Shown: positions 11,820-21,180, counted from the stretch's first letter. The stretch: 64,000 bases of DNA from an uncultured delta proteobacterium (GCA_963789395.1 CAWBKP010000025.1:1-64000); one strand, 5' to 3'. The notes: a model not told the origin generated them from the sequence alone. Made by a program: numbers and translations.

Positions 11820-13458
11820 CCTGAAAAAGTGGCAATAAAGTTGCAATTACCTATTTAACATATTGATATATTAATATAATTATGCTATTTTGCACCTAAA
11901 ATATCTTCACTTCCGAGGTGCAGCCATATGTCGATCATTTTTTCAGTCAAAGAGGGCAACGAGAACCTGTCAAGTCACTCTGGATTAGCGCTTATCGGTG
12001 CATTGATAAGTCGAACTCAGTTAAGAAAACGTCTAAACGCAGTTCAGCTTATTCGGTGTGAGTCTCCAGTAATTTCTCATGCTGACATAGTGACCGCAAT
12101 GGTCGGTCTGCTGTGCCTGGGAAAGCCCGACTATCAGGCGATTGAACTTTTTAGAAACAATTCTTTTTTCTCTCAGAGCCTTGGACTGAAGGACTGCCCG
12201 TCCGGTCCTACTCTCAGGCAGCGCATTGATCTGATTGGAGACGCTTTTGACAAAATCATCAAAGAAGAATCAGCGGATTTGATTCGACGAATAGCCCCAA
12301 AAATTACTGCCATCGAAACAAGCTGCGGTGAATTCGTCCCAATGGATGCTGATGTCAGCCCTTTTGACAATTCAAAAACACAAAAAGAAGGCGTATCAAG
12401 AACCTATAAAGGCGATGACGGATTTGCGCCCATTTTCGCCTATCTTGGAAAAGAAGGTTACTTGGTTAACCTGGAACTTCGGGAAGGCAGCCAGCACTGT
12501 CAGAAAAATACCCCAGAATTTATCAAAGAGTCTATACAAAATGCCAAGCGTATTACTGGCCGGAGAATACTGCTTCGCTTAGATTCCGGCAATGACAGTC
12601 ATGATAATATGGACTGCTGCGTTGATCAAGGAGTTGATTTTATCATCAAGCGCAATTTGCGTAAAGAAGATCCACAAGCCTGGCTCAAACTGGCCAAAAA
12701 AATCGGAACATCAATCCCATGCCGTGTCGGCAAACAAGTTTGGCGTGGAAAAACATGTCAAAATCTGAAAGGCGAGCCATTGCCGTTTCCGATTGTTTTT
12801 GAAGTCGCCGAACGAACGATAAAAAAAGGACAGGCCCTTCTTTTCCCGGAAGTATCGGTGGATAACTACTGGACCAGCGTTGATTTGCAACCCTATGAAA
12901 CGATCCTTCTGTATCATGATCATGGGACAAGTGAGCAATTTCACTCCGAGTTGAAAAGCGACATGGACCTGGAGCGCTTGCCCAGCGGTCGGTTTGAGAG
13001 CAATGCCTTTGTGCTTCTTTTGGGAATGGTGGCCTATAATCTGCTGCGACTTTGTGGCCAGGAAAGTCTCCGAGAAGATAACGGCAACATAGAGAAGATG
13101 CCAGAATACAGAAATAAAGCACAGCGGCGAAGAATCCGAACCGTCATGCTGGACTTAATCTATGTGGCCGGTAGAATTATACACACATCAAGAAAATGGA
13201 TAATATCGTTTGGCAAGATGAATCCTTTAGCGTCTTTATGGAAATCCATTTATAAACGATTTGCTTCTGTTGTTACCTGATAGAGCAACAGGTCAAGAAC
13301 TGAGGCGCCAATTTTGAGGTTGAAAACCGAGACGGATAGCTATACTCAAAAATAGGCGTTTTACGCAGAAATTTTGCTTTGGTCCCATATGTCGAACGGA
13401 AATTCGACAGCGCCCATGCTTTTTTAATTTTCAAAGAGCATTTTTTTGCGTATTCAGC
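11820..13458 (+). mobile_element. IS1380-family insertion sequence (ends approximate)
   Basis: AT-rich block containing the transposase. Candidate ends are CCTGAAAAAG (11820) and CGTATTCAGC (13458), only a weak inverted match. Confidence 0.55.
11928..13280 (+). CDS. IS1380-family DDE transposase
   Basis: 450 aa intact ORF with MDADVSPFDNS, LREGSQHCQK, LRLDSG, YHDHGTSEQFHSELKSDMDLERLPSGRF and AYNLLR. Confidence 0.9.
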   Translation: MSIIFSVKEGNENLSSHSGLALIGALISRTQLRKRLNAVQLIRCESPVISHADIVTAMVGLLCLGKPDYQAIELFRNNSFFSQSLGLKDCPSGPTLRQRIDLIGDAFDKIIKEESADLIRRIAPKITAIETSCGEFVPMDADVSPFDNSKTQKEGVSRTYKGDDGFAPIFAYLGKEGYLVNLELREGSQHCQKNTPEFIKESIQNAKRITGRRILLRLDSGNDSHDNMDCCVDQGVDFIIKRNLRKEDPQAWLKLAKKIGTSIPCRVGKQVWRGKTCQNLKGEPLPFPIVFEVAERTIKKGQALLFPEVSVDNYWTSVDLQPYETILLYHDHGTSEQFHSELKSDMDLERLPSGRFESNAFVLLLGMVAYNLLRLCGQESLREDNGNIEKMPEYRNKAQRRRIRTVMLDLIYVAGRIIHTSRKWIISFGKMNPLASLWKSIYKRFASVVT

Positions 13459-13625
13459 CAGCAAGCAATTATAGTTATTCCAGAATATATTAAAGAATGG
13501 AAAGAGATCCAGAAATAATAGACTTATTGGCTACAGGGTGACATGAACAAGCGGAACGAGGAATCCGTGCTCAACGACCACCTGTTTCCAAGGCGGAACC
13601 AGAACTGAAGGGGGAGCAGAGTTAA

Positions 13626-13720
13626 GGGGTAAACAGGGACGTACAAATAAATAAGTTGTTATCGGTAATCGAAATGAATTAATAAAACGGAATGAACAAA
13701 TAAATCTGTCCCCCCTTTAT
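13626..13720. repeat. About 95-bp GGGAC/GTCCCC-ended miniature element, copy 1
   Basis: Near-identical to 18803-18897. Left GGGACGTAC, right AAATAAATCTGTCCCCCCTTT. Confidence 0.85.
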
Positions 13721-13739
13721 CTCCTTTATCTCTTTCTAT

Positions 13740-13930
13740 CGCGGCCATAACAGGCAGGTCGTATTTGCATCGGATGCGGATTATCAGTATTACCTGACAA
13801 TCTGTGCGAGTGGAAAGAAAGTCTGGGCTGCAAGGTTTACGCATATTGCCTGATGACCAATCACGTCCACCTGATCGTTGATCCTGGAGAAGATAGTGGA
13901 AACCTTGCACGGCTGATGAAACGGGTAGCA
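13740..13930 (+). pseudogene. N-terminal fragment of a Y1/HUH (RAYT-like, IS200 superfamily) transposase
   Basis: Manual translation with one frameshift gives RGHNRQVVFASDADYQYYL / DNLCEWKESLGCKVYAYCLMTNHVHLIVDPGEDSGNLARLMKRVA. The HUH motif HVH is at 13862-13870. Confidence 0.9.
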
Positions 13931-13984
13931 TATGATTCCATCCCTTGAAATCTGTACGAGGCTAAATCTTATTGTGAGGCCAGA

Positions 13985-14398
13985 TTGAATAAAACCAGGC
14001 ATATTCATGTCACATGCGCCATTATCGAGCGGGATGGGCTCGTTCTTGCTTCTCAGCGAAGTGCCGCCATGAGTATGCCACTCAAATGGGAGTTTCCGGG
14101 TGGCAAAATCGATCCCGGTGAGTCCCCTGAAGCGTGTCTGCGACGTGAGATTCATGAAGAGATGAGCATTCAGGTCAGCGTGGGGAAAAACCTTCCTGTC
14201 AGCACACATCATTACCCGGCATTTACGATCTCGCTCTATCCGTTTATCTGCGCAATTGAAGCTGGTGAGATCGTCCTCCATGAACACGCTGCCATCGCCT
14301 GGTTAACACCTGAGAAACTTCATGCCCTCGAATGGGCAGAAGCCGATGTGCCTGTTCTGGCGTCTTATCTTGCCGAAAAAAAGCCTGGGATACGATGA
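13985..14398 (+). CDS. NUDIX hydrolase, MutT/NudG-like (deoxy)nucleoside triphosphate pyrophosphohydrolase
   Basis: WEFPGGKIDPGESPEACLRREIHEEM Nudix box. The stop overlaps the next ATG (ATGA). Confidence 0.9.
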   Translation: MNKTRHIHVTCAIIERDGLVLASQRSAAMSMPLKWEFPGGKIDPGESPEACLRREIHEEMSIQVSVGKNLPVSTHHYPAFTISLYPFICAIEAGEIVLHEHAAIAWLTPEKLHALEWAEADVPVLASYLAEKKPGIR

Positions 14399-17300
14399 AA
14401 CAGCTTGCCCCAGGCATATATGAATCGCTTGTCGATGAGTATCTCCGGGAAGCCATCGCTCGGCGTCCCGAGTTAAGAACCGTCTTTGGCAAGATTGATC
14501 CGGAAGAGCAGCCCGGTATGTATGCATCTTTTGTGGCAAAGGTGCTTGAACAGGCACTCCGGGAGGAGTCTGACCCGGAAAGGCGATTGGCACTCTGTAA
14601 CCGGATTCTTGACCAGGTTGCCGGTGAACCGGGCCTGGGGCACCTTGCAAAACATCACCTTGTCAAAGAACAAAAGCCAATCCTTCTTGAGATCACCCCG
14701 CCGCATTATGGCACATCAGGCATCCCGCGGCCCCTGTCCCCTTTGACTGAAAGCAGTCTGTTCACCGGTTCTCCCCAGGAACCCCAATTGGCTCATGAAC
14801 TGCTTGATGAAATGAAGTCTGCCGACAGCGTCGACATTCTGGTCTCGTTTATCAAATGGTCAGGACTGCGCCTGCTGATGCCTGCCTTTGAAGATCTCCG
14901 GCAGCGTGACGTTCCGGTGCGGGTCATCACCACATCTTACATGGGCGCTTCCGATGCTCCGGCCGTTGAATGGCTGGCGGGAATGCCAAATGTCAAGGTG
15001 CGCGTTTCCTATGATACCGAACGAACGCGGCTTCATGCCAAGGCCTATCATTTCCGGCGTAACTCCGATTTTTCAACCGCTTATATCGGCTCCGCAAATA
15101 TGTCCAACGCGGCCATCACCAGCGGTCTGGAGTGGAACCTGAAGGTAACGGCCCAGGACATGGCGCATATCCTGGAGAAATTTACGGCGGAATTTGAGAC
15201 GTACTGGAACAGCAGGGAATTTATCCCCTTTGACCCTTTGCAGCCTGATCGTTTCCGGGATGCAATCGTCCGTGAGCGCTCCAGAAAAACTGGGATGCGT
15301 CGGTTTTTTTCGACCTGACACCGCACCCGTTCCAGGAGCGCATCCTTGATGCGCTGGAGCGGGAGAGAAACGTTCATCAGCGCTATAAAAATCTGCTTAT
15401 TGCAGCTACCGGAACGGGCAAGACCGTGGTTGCCGCGTTCGATTATCATCGTTTTTTCAAGGAACGCAGTGGTCAGGCGAAACTCCTGTTTGTCGCCCAC
15501 CGGAAGGAAATCCTGGAACAGGCACTCATCACGTTTAGAAACGTGCTGCGTAACCATAGTTTCGGGGAACTGCTTGTCGGGGAATCCGCAGCGACCCGCC
15601 GGGAGCACCTGTTCTGCTCTGTCCAGATGCTGACGAACCGAGAGCTCTGGAGGCAAGTTGGAAAAGGTTTCTATGATTATATCGTTGTCGACGAGGTCCA
15701 TCACGGCGCTTCGGACAGCTACCGACCCATATTCGCTCATTTTAACCCGGCGATATTGCTTGGCCTGACCGCGACTCCGGAACGGATGGACGGAAAATCC
15801 GTGGCCGCCGATTTCCATAATACGTTTGCGGCAGAAATCCGTCTGCCTGAGGCGCTTGAGGAGAAACTCCTCTGCCCCTTCCATTATTTTGGTGTTTCAG
15901 ATCCGGTAGCAATCGATAATGACCGTTTCTGGATAACGGAAACTACAGCAAGGTTGAACTCGAAAACGTATATACCCTTGATCAGGGGCATGCCTTGCGC
16001 CGGCTGGATGCGATCCTGGCGGCACTGGAACGCTACCAGCCCGACTATCGCACCAGCGCCAAGGGGATCGGCTTCTGTGTCACCATCAACCATGCCCGCT
16101 ATATGGCGCAGAAATTTACTGAAAGAGGCATTCCTTCTGCAGCATTTGTGTCAGGCATTGCATCCGATGAGCGCGAAAGCATGATCTCGCGTTTCAAAAA
16201 CGGCAGCCTGATTTTCCTGTTTACCGTTGATGTGCTTAACGAAGGTCTCGATATACCGGAAATCAATCTGGTTATGTTCCTCCGGCCGACAGATAGCCTG
16301 ACCGTATTCCTCCAGCAATTGGGTCGAGGTCTGCGCCATGCGCCGGAGAAAGAATGCCTCACGGTTCTTGATTTTGTGGGGCAGGTGCATCGGCACTACC
16401 GGATGGACATCCGATTCCGGGCATTGCTGCCAAAGCACCGTTATGCAATTGATCGGGAGGTGGAACTGGACTTTCCGCACCTTCCGCCAGGGTGCTCAAT
16501 CCAGCTGGATCGCCAGTCACGGGAATATGTTCTTAGAAATATCAGGGAGAACCTCAGGAATCTTAAGGTGCAGGTTCCTGACCGTCTCCAGACATTCACC
16601 AGCGAGACAGGCCAAGATCTTACGTTTGGCAATTTCATCCGCTATCATGGGTATGAACCGGAGGTGCTATTGGCAAAAGAATCCTGGTCGGAGTGGAAAG
16701 CCAAGATACAGCTATGTCCCATCCCTGTTGATCCCGATCTTGCCAGATTGAGAAAAACCCTGATTCGGGCTGGATTCATCAACGGTTCCAAAGAAGCCAT
16801 GCTGCTGCGGCGTGTCATCGGCAAGATTTCCCAGGGTAAAATTGAGGAAGCAATCGCCCTTGCCGGAAGGTCGGTCATGATCCTGTATTATCGCATCTGG
16901 GGGGATAAGGGCGGCAAGTTCGGAATTTCATCCTTGGAAGCGGCTTTCCAGCGCCTGTCAAAGAATCCGACCATCCTTTCCGATCTGGACGAAATTCTGA
17001 GCTGGGCACTTGACACGAGCGCAGTTGGCGGGGTGATCCCGGAATTACCATTTTTCTGCCCGCTGGAATTGCATGCACAATACGGCGGAAAGGAGATTCA
17101 GGCGGCATTCGGCAAGGCAAATCTTGAAACTTCAGGCCAGACCGGCGTGGGCGTATTTCATTTTCCTGAGGTAAAGGCTTATGCGCTGCTGGTCACGTTT
17201 CAGAAAACGGAAAAGGAATTCTCGCCGAGCACCATGTATGCGGATTACCCCATCAGCAGAGAACTTCTGCATTGGGAGTCGCAGGCAAATACCGCACAAC

Positions 17301-17524
17301 ATCACCATGACGGTCAGAATCTGATTCATCATGTCGATCGAGGATACAGTATTTTGGTTTTTGCACGGGATCAGAAAAAGCGGAACGCCGCCACGGTTCC
17401 GTTTACGTATCTTGGGCCGGTGGAACGGGTGAGTCATGAGCGTGAGCGACCGATAAGAATTGTCTGGCGGTTACGGCATGCGATGCCGGTGGAGATGTTT
17501 GAAGAAAATAGAAGGGGCGGTTAA
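14395..17524 (+). CDS. PLD-nuclease / SF2 helicase / DUF3427 protein (SauUSI-like), two frameshifts (near 15300 and 15935)
   Basis: LHAKAYHF..GSANMS (PLD HxK), ATGTGKT, DEVHH, GLTATPER and QQLGRGLR. C-terminal YADYPISRELLHWESQ..FTYLG. About 1040 aa when joined. Confidence 0.85.
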
Positions 17525-17549
17525 TTGTGAATCGGAGAATATGGTGCGA

Positions 17550-17745
17550 GCAGGTCGTATTCGCATCAGTTGAGCATCTTCTGGCTTGCAGTCGATGTGT
17601 GGAAATCCTGTCCGTGCCTGGATTGAAGGCGAACCCTGGGATTATCGCTGGTCGAGTTAGAGATAGACTATAAAATCGAAAGGCGGGTGGAGTTCAGAGG
17701 GAAGGGAAGGCCAAGAAAATCGCACAAATAAATCTGCCCCCTTTA
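17550..17745 (+). pseudogene. Central and C-terminal fragments of the Y1 transposase plus right terminal repeat
   Basis: Translates to QVVFAS, LLACSRCVE, NPVRAWIEGEPWDYRWSS and EIDYKIERRVEFRGKGRPRKSHK*. The stop TAA lies inside AAATAAATCTGCCCCCTTT (17726-17744). Confidence 0.85.
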
Positions 17746-17814
17746 TTTCTTTATTTTAAGAGGCAGTGTCGAAGTTTTTCTATGAATACACCGCCGGTTT
17801 CAAGGAGAGCATCA

Positions 17815-18486
17815 ATGAAAATATTCATCGTCTATTGGCATCCGGAACCAAAGAGTTTCAATGGTGCGATGTTTCGAGCGGCTTGTGAAGCGCTTATTTC
17901 TGAGGGTCATGAGGTGAAGACATCCAACCTGAATGAACTGCGCTTCGATCCGATTTCCGGAAGGAAAAACTTTACGTCTGTCAAGGACCCGGACTACTTC
18001 AAGCAGCAGATGGAAGAAATGAACGCTACCGAAGTGAATGGCTTTTCGACAGAGATAGAGATTGAGATTCAAAAGATCGAGTGGTGCGACTTGATGATAT
18101 GGCAATTCCCGCTATGGTGGTTTGGGTTGCCCGCGGTACTGAAAGGATGGGTTGATCGCGTTTTTGCCATGGGGCGCACTTACGGCGGGGGGCATATATA
18201 CGAGACCGGCGTTTTTCGAGGAAAGCGCGCTCTGTTATCTTTGACGACGGGAGGTCCTGAAGAGGCCTATCGGCTGGGGGGATTCAACGGAGACATCGCG
18301 GCAATCCTTCGTCCTGTACATCGTGGCATGCTGCAATTCGTCGGCTTTGACGTATTGTCGCCACAAATAGTGTACGGGGCTGTTCGCATGACGCAAGAGG
18401 AACGAAATCAGCAGATATCAGCTTACACCGGGCGTCTCCGTCGAATTCAGGAAGAATCACCCATCGACGTTGGCAGTTACAGATAG
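17815..18486 (+). CDS. NAD(P)H dehydrogenase (quinone), flavodoxin-2 family, copy 1
   Basis: HPEPKSFN, QFPLWWFGLPAVLKGWVDRVF and LSLTTGG. RBS AAGGAG before ATG 17815. Confidence 0.9.
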   Translation: MKIFIVYWHPEPKSFNGAMFRAACEALISEGHEVKTSNLNELRFDPISGRKNFTSVKDPDYFKQQMEEMNATEVNGFSTEIEIEIQKIEWCDLMIWQFPLWWFGLPAVLKGWVDRVFAMGRTYGGGHIYETGVFRGKRALLSLTTGGPEEAYRLGGFNGDIAAILRPVHRGMLQFVGFDVLSPQIVYGAVRMTQEERNQQISAYTGRLRRIQEESPIDVGSYR

Positions 18487-18621
18487 AGGGATACATGGGA
18501 GTACATCAATAAGTTGTTGTCGAATACGGGATGTTCGAAACCCAAACGAGAGCTGTTGCAGATCATAGGATCTGCTGTACTATTGATAACATAACTCGGA
18601 AATATCTGTTGAAAAGGAGGC

Positions 18622-18803
18622 ATGATTATGCAGCTGCCTACAACCAGAGTTAATCCTTCGGAAGAGACCATCAAGATTGGTCCGATAGAAATCCGGTTCC
18701 AACTCACGGGAAATGATTCCAACGGCAGCATGTCGATGTTCGAATTTCGTGTGCCTGCCGGGCAGAAGCTGCTAGCCCCGGCCCACAAAAATGACGCCTA
18801 CGA
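18622..18803 (+). pseudogene. 5-prime fragment of a cupin-domain protein, truncated by the 95-bp element
   Basis: RBS AGGAGG. IRFQLTGNDSNGSMSMFEFRVPAG..PAHKNDAYE resembles the first cupin motif, and the frame runs straight into the repeat. Confidence 0.65.
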
Positions 18804-18897
18804 GGGTAAACGGGGACGTACATAAATAAATAAGTTGTTATCGGTAATCGAAATGAATTTATAAAAAAGAATGAACAAATAAATCTGCCCCCTTTAT
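18803..18897. repeat. About 95-bp GGGGAC/GCCCCC-ended miniature element, copy 2
   Basis: GGGTAAACGGGGACGTACA..AATAAGTTGTTATCGGTAATCGAAATGAATT..GAATGAACAAATAAATCTGCCCCCTTT, matching 13626-13720. Confidence 0.85.
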
Positions 18898-19015
18898 TTA
18901 TTCTATATCCGGTCATACGCGGCACGTTCGTTGCCGGTCCCGCGGACTTGGCCATCGTTATTTTTCGACTTAAAAAGCACATTTCCACTGCATGAATGAC
19001 TTTATATGGTAAATC

Positions 19016-19044
19016 TTGACAATGTGTTTCCATGTGGATACAAT
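19016..19044 (+). promoter_or_regulatory. Sigma70 promoter with overlapping palindromic operator of the TA operon
   Basis: TTGACA-17 bp-TACAAT. Imperfect palindrome TGTTTCCA-TG-TGGATACA. The ATG is only 5 nt after the -10 box. Confidence 0.75.
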
Positions 19045-19049
19045 TAAAC

Positions 19050-19172
19050 ATGAAGTACGAACTGCGCAGCACAGAATATTTTGACAAGTGGATAGGCAAG
19101 ATCAAGGATCGGCAGACACACGCCAGGATACTCGGCGGCTGGATAAGTTGATTAAAGGAATTGGAGGAATGA
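19050..19172 (+). pseudogene. Internally deleted RelE/ParE-superfamily addiction-module toxin (HI1419-like)
   Basis: MKYELRSTEYFDKWIGKIKDRQTHARIL, then a jump to an out-of-frame tail LKELEE*. Lies directly upstream of the antidote gene. Confidence 0.75.
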
Positions 19173-19175
19173 ACC

Positions 19176-19451
19176 ATGGCATTGAAGACACGGCTCTTTG
19201 ACATCGCTGAGCACCTTGAAACCGATGAAGATATCAAGTTCTTCTTGCAAGACGCCGCTGACGGCACCCCGGAGGAGTTTATCCACGCGCTTAATACGGC
19301 TGCTCGTGCCAAAGGCATGACTGAGATTGCAAAAAAGGCCGGAGTGACCAGGGCGAGCCTGTATAAATCGCTTGCCGATGGGGGAAGTCCGCGCTTTGAC
19401 ACGATCAGTAGAGTAACCAGGGCTCTCGGCTGTAAGCTGGCGGTAATGTGA
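19176..19451 (+). CDS. Addiction-module antidote protein (HI1420-like HTH antitoxin)
   Basis: FDIAEHLET..ALNTAARAKGMTEIAKKAGVTRASLYKSL..GSPRFDTI. Confidence 0.9.
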   Translation: MALKTRLFDIAEHLETDEDIKFFLQDAADGTPEEFIHALNTAARAKGMTEIAKKAGVTRASLYKSLADGGSPRFDTISRVTRALGCKLAVM

Positions 19452-19497
19452 TGGATAATGGGATTTGCATCTACAGAAAACGGCGTTGATCCAGTGA

Positions 19498-19554
19498 AAA
19501 GGGGACAGATTGATTATTTTGTAAAAGGGAGCGCAGAGGAAATCTGTCCCCTTT
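19498..19554. repeat. 57-bp element bounded by perfect 14-bp inverted repeats AAAGGGGACAGATT / AATCTGTCCCCTTT
   Basis: Arms at 19498-19511 and 19541-19554. Confidence 0.9.
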
Positions 19555-19595
19555 ATTTGCAGTTGGAACCGAGCAGTCATTGACAGGCGACATCA

Positions 19596-19877
19596 ATGAA
19601 GCCGTTCGGTCCCTTATTTCAGGAAGCCGCACTCCCGGTCCAAAAGTATCAATCCCGTTCCAGGCGATCAGGTCTTTGCGAGAAACAGGGAAAGTTTTGG
19701 GCACTGAACATCCTTTCTTATTCGAATGCATGGCCGATTGTTGAAGATGATATTCGCAGATGTCTGACCAGTCGCGTTCCATACGGAGTTTTATACAACA
19801 TAGAATCCGATCGTGTTTACATCTTCGCGGTTATACATCTTCATCGGCACCCGGACTACTGGAAATCCAGACGATAG
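19596..19877 (+). pseudogene. ParE/RelE-family toxin remnant (C-terminal half recognisable, no antitoxin)
   Basis: AWPIVEDDIRRCLTSRVPYGVLYNIESDRVYIFAVIHLHRHPDYWKSR is ParE-like. The N-terminal third does not look like the family. Confidence 0.65.
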
Positions 19878-19920
19878 ACGGATAGGATCGCGCTGTACGT
19901 CCAGCAACCGCTTTCTTGGG

Positions 19921-19997
19921 GAGTTCCGGGGACGCCTCTCTAAATTCCTTTCTGTCTTTGATTCTGCTCAAGAATTAAGTGAGATGCCCCGGGATTC
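19921..19997. repeat. 77-bp element with imperfect inverted repeats of about 26 bp (CCGGGGAC variant)
   Basis: GAGTTCCGGGGACGCCTCTCTAAATTC (19921-19947) versus the reverse complement of 19972-19997, GAATCCCGGGGCATCTCACTTAATTC. Confidence 0.75.
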
Positions 19998-20072
19998 TAT
20001 ACCGACCTCAAACCCTGGTCGAGCGGGACCGTCACCCTGAATCTCATCGGGGACGCGGGCGAGGGGCGCATC

Positions 20073-20175
20073 GTGGCCAGTTACGGACGGGATAATTACG
20101 CTAAGCTCGCCAAAGTAAAGGCTGAGTGCGATCCGACGAATGTCTTCCATTTAAATCGCAACATTAAGCCGGCAT
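20073..20175 (+). pseudogene. C-terminal BBE (berberine-bridge-like) fragment of an FAD-linked oxidase
   Basis: ASYGRDNYAKLAKVKAECDPTNVFHLNRNIKP matches the YG.NY..L..K..DP.N.F..N.NI pattern. Confidence 0.75.
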
Positions 20176-20344
20176 GGCACGCGGTGTCGGGTAACCAGCA
20201 AGGCAACAACCCCCCTTCGGAGTTATCCGCTTGCCGCAAAAGAAAAATGACGGGTGCGCGGTTCAGCCTGTCTTTTTCTACAGATGCAAAGGGCGGCGTC
20301 GAAGTTTTTCTATGAATACACCGCCGGTTTCAAGGAGAGTATCA

Positions 20345-21016
20345 ATGAAAATATTCATCGTCTATTGGCATCCGGAACCAAAGAGTTTCAATGGTGCGAT
20401 GTTTCGAGCGGCTTGTGAAACGCTTGTTTCTGCGGGTCATGAGGTGAAGACATCCAACCTGAATGAACTGCGCTTCGATCCGATTTCCGGTAGGAAAAAC
20501 TTTACGACAGTCAAGGACCCTGACTACTTCAAGCAGCAGATGGAAGAAATTTACGCTACCGAAGTAAATGGCTTTTCAGCAGAGATAGAGACTGAGATTC
20601 AAAAGATCGAGTGGTGCGACTTGATGATATGGCAATTCCCGCTATGGTGGTTTGGGTTGCCCGCGGTACTGAAAGGATGGGTTGATCGCGTTTTTGCCAT
20701 GGGGCGCACTTACGGCGGGGGGCATATATACGAGACCGGCGTTTTTCGAGGAAAGCGCGCGCTGTTATCTCTGACGACGGGAGGTCCTGAAGAGGCCTAT
20801 CGGCCGGGGGGGTTCAACGGAGACATCGCGGCAATCCTTCGTCCTGTCCACCGTGGCATGCTGCAATTCGTCGGCTTTGACGTATTGTCGCCACAAATAG
20901 TGTTCGGGCCTGTTCGCATGACGCAAGAGGAACGAAATCAGCAGATATCGGCCTACACCGGGCGTCTCCGGCGAATTCAGGAAGAATCGCCAATCGACGT
21001 CGGCATTTACAGATAG
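20345..21016 (+). CDS. NAD(P)H dehydrogenase (quinone), flavodoxin-2 family, copy 2
   Basis: Direct repeat of 17768-18486 at offset 2530. Twelve amino-acid differences in 223 by manual count. Confidence 0.9.
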   Translation: MKIFIVYWHPEPKSFNGAMFRAACETLVSAGHEVKTSNLNELRFDPISGRKNFTTVKDPDYFKQQMEEIYATEVNGFSAEIETEIQKIEWCDLMIWQFPLWWFGLPAVLKGWVDRVFAMGRTYGGGHIYETGVFRGKRALLSLTTGGPEEAYRPGGFNGDIAAILRPVHRGMLQFVGFDVLSPQIVFGPVRMTQEERNQQISAYTGRLRRIQEESPIDVGIYR

Positions 21017-21020
21017 GGGA

Positions 21021-21180
21021 AAAAGGGGACAGATTTATTATTTATTTTGCCGAATGGAAAATGTTTTGTTAAGGATTGTGCATGCCAGGAACAGCTCGAA
21101 TAATTGTAATGGGTTATCCGCACCACATCCTCATGGCAGGGAAGGCCAAGAAAATCTAATAAATAAAGCCGTCCCCTTTA
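21021..21180 (+). mobile_element. Non-autonomous internally deleted Y1-transposase element with both terminal repeats
   Basis: AAAAGGGGACAGATTTATT, then ATG 21082 (MPGTARIIVMGYPHHI), a jump to the tail (QGRPRKSNK*), then AAATAAAGCCGTCCCCTTT. Confidence 0.85.

Noticed and set aside
17768..21016. Duplicate dehydrogenase as a DGR template/variable repeat pair
   Set aside because: Differences are not adenine-specific, the repeat covers the whole gene, and no reverse transcriptase is present.
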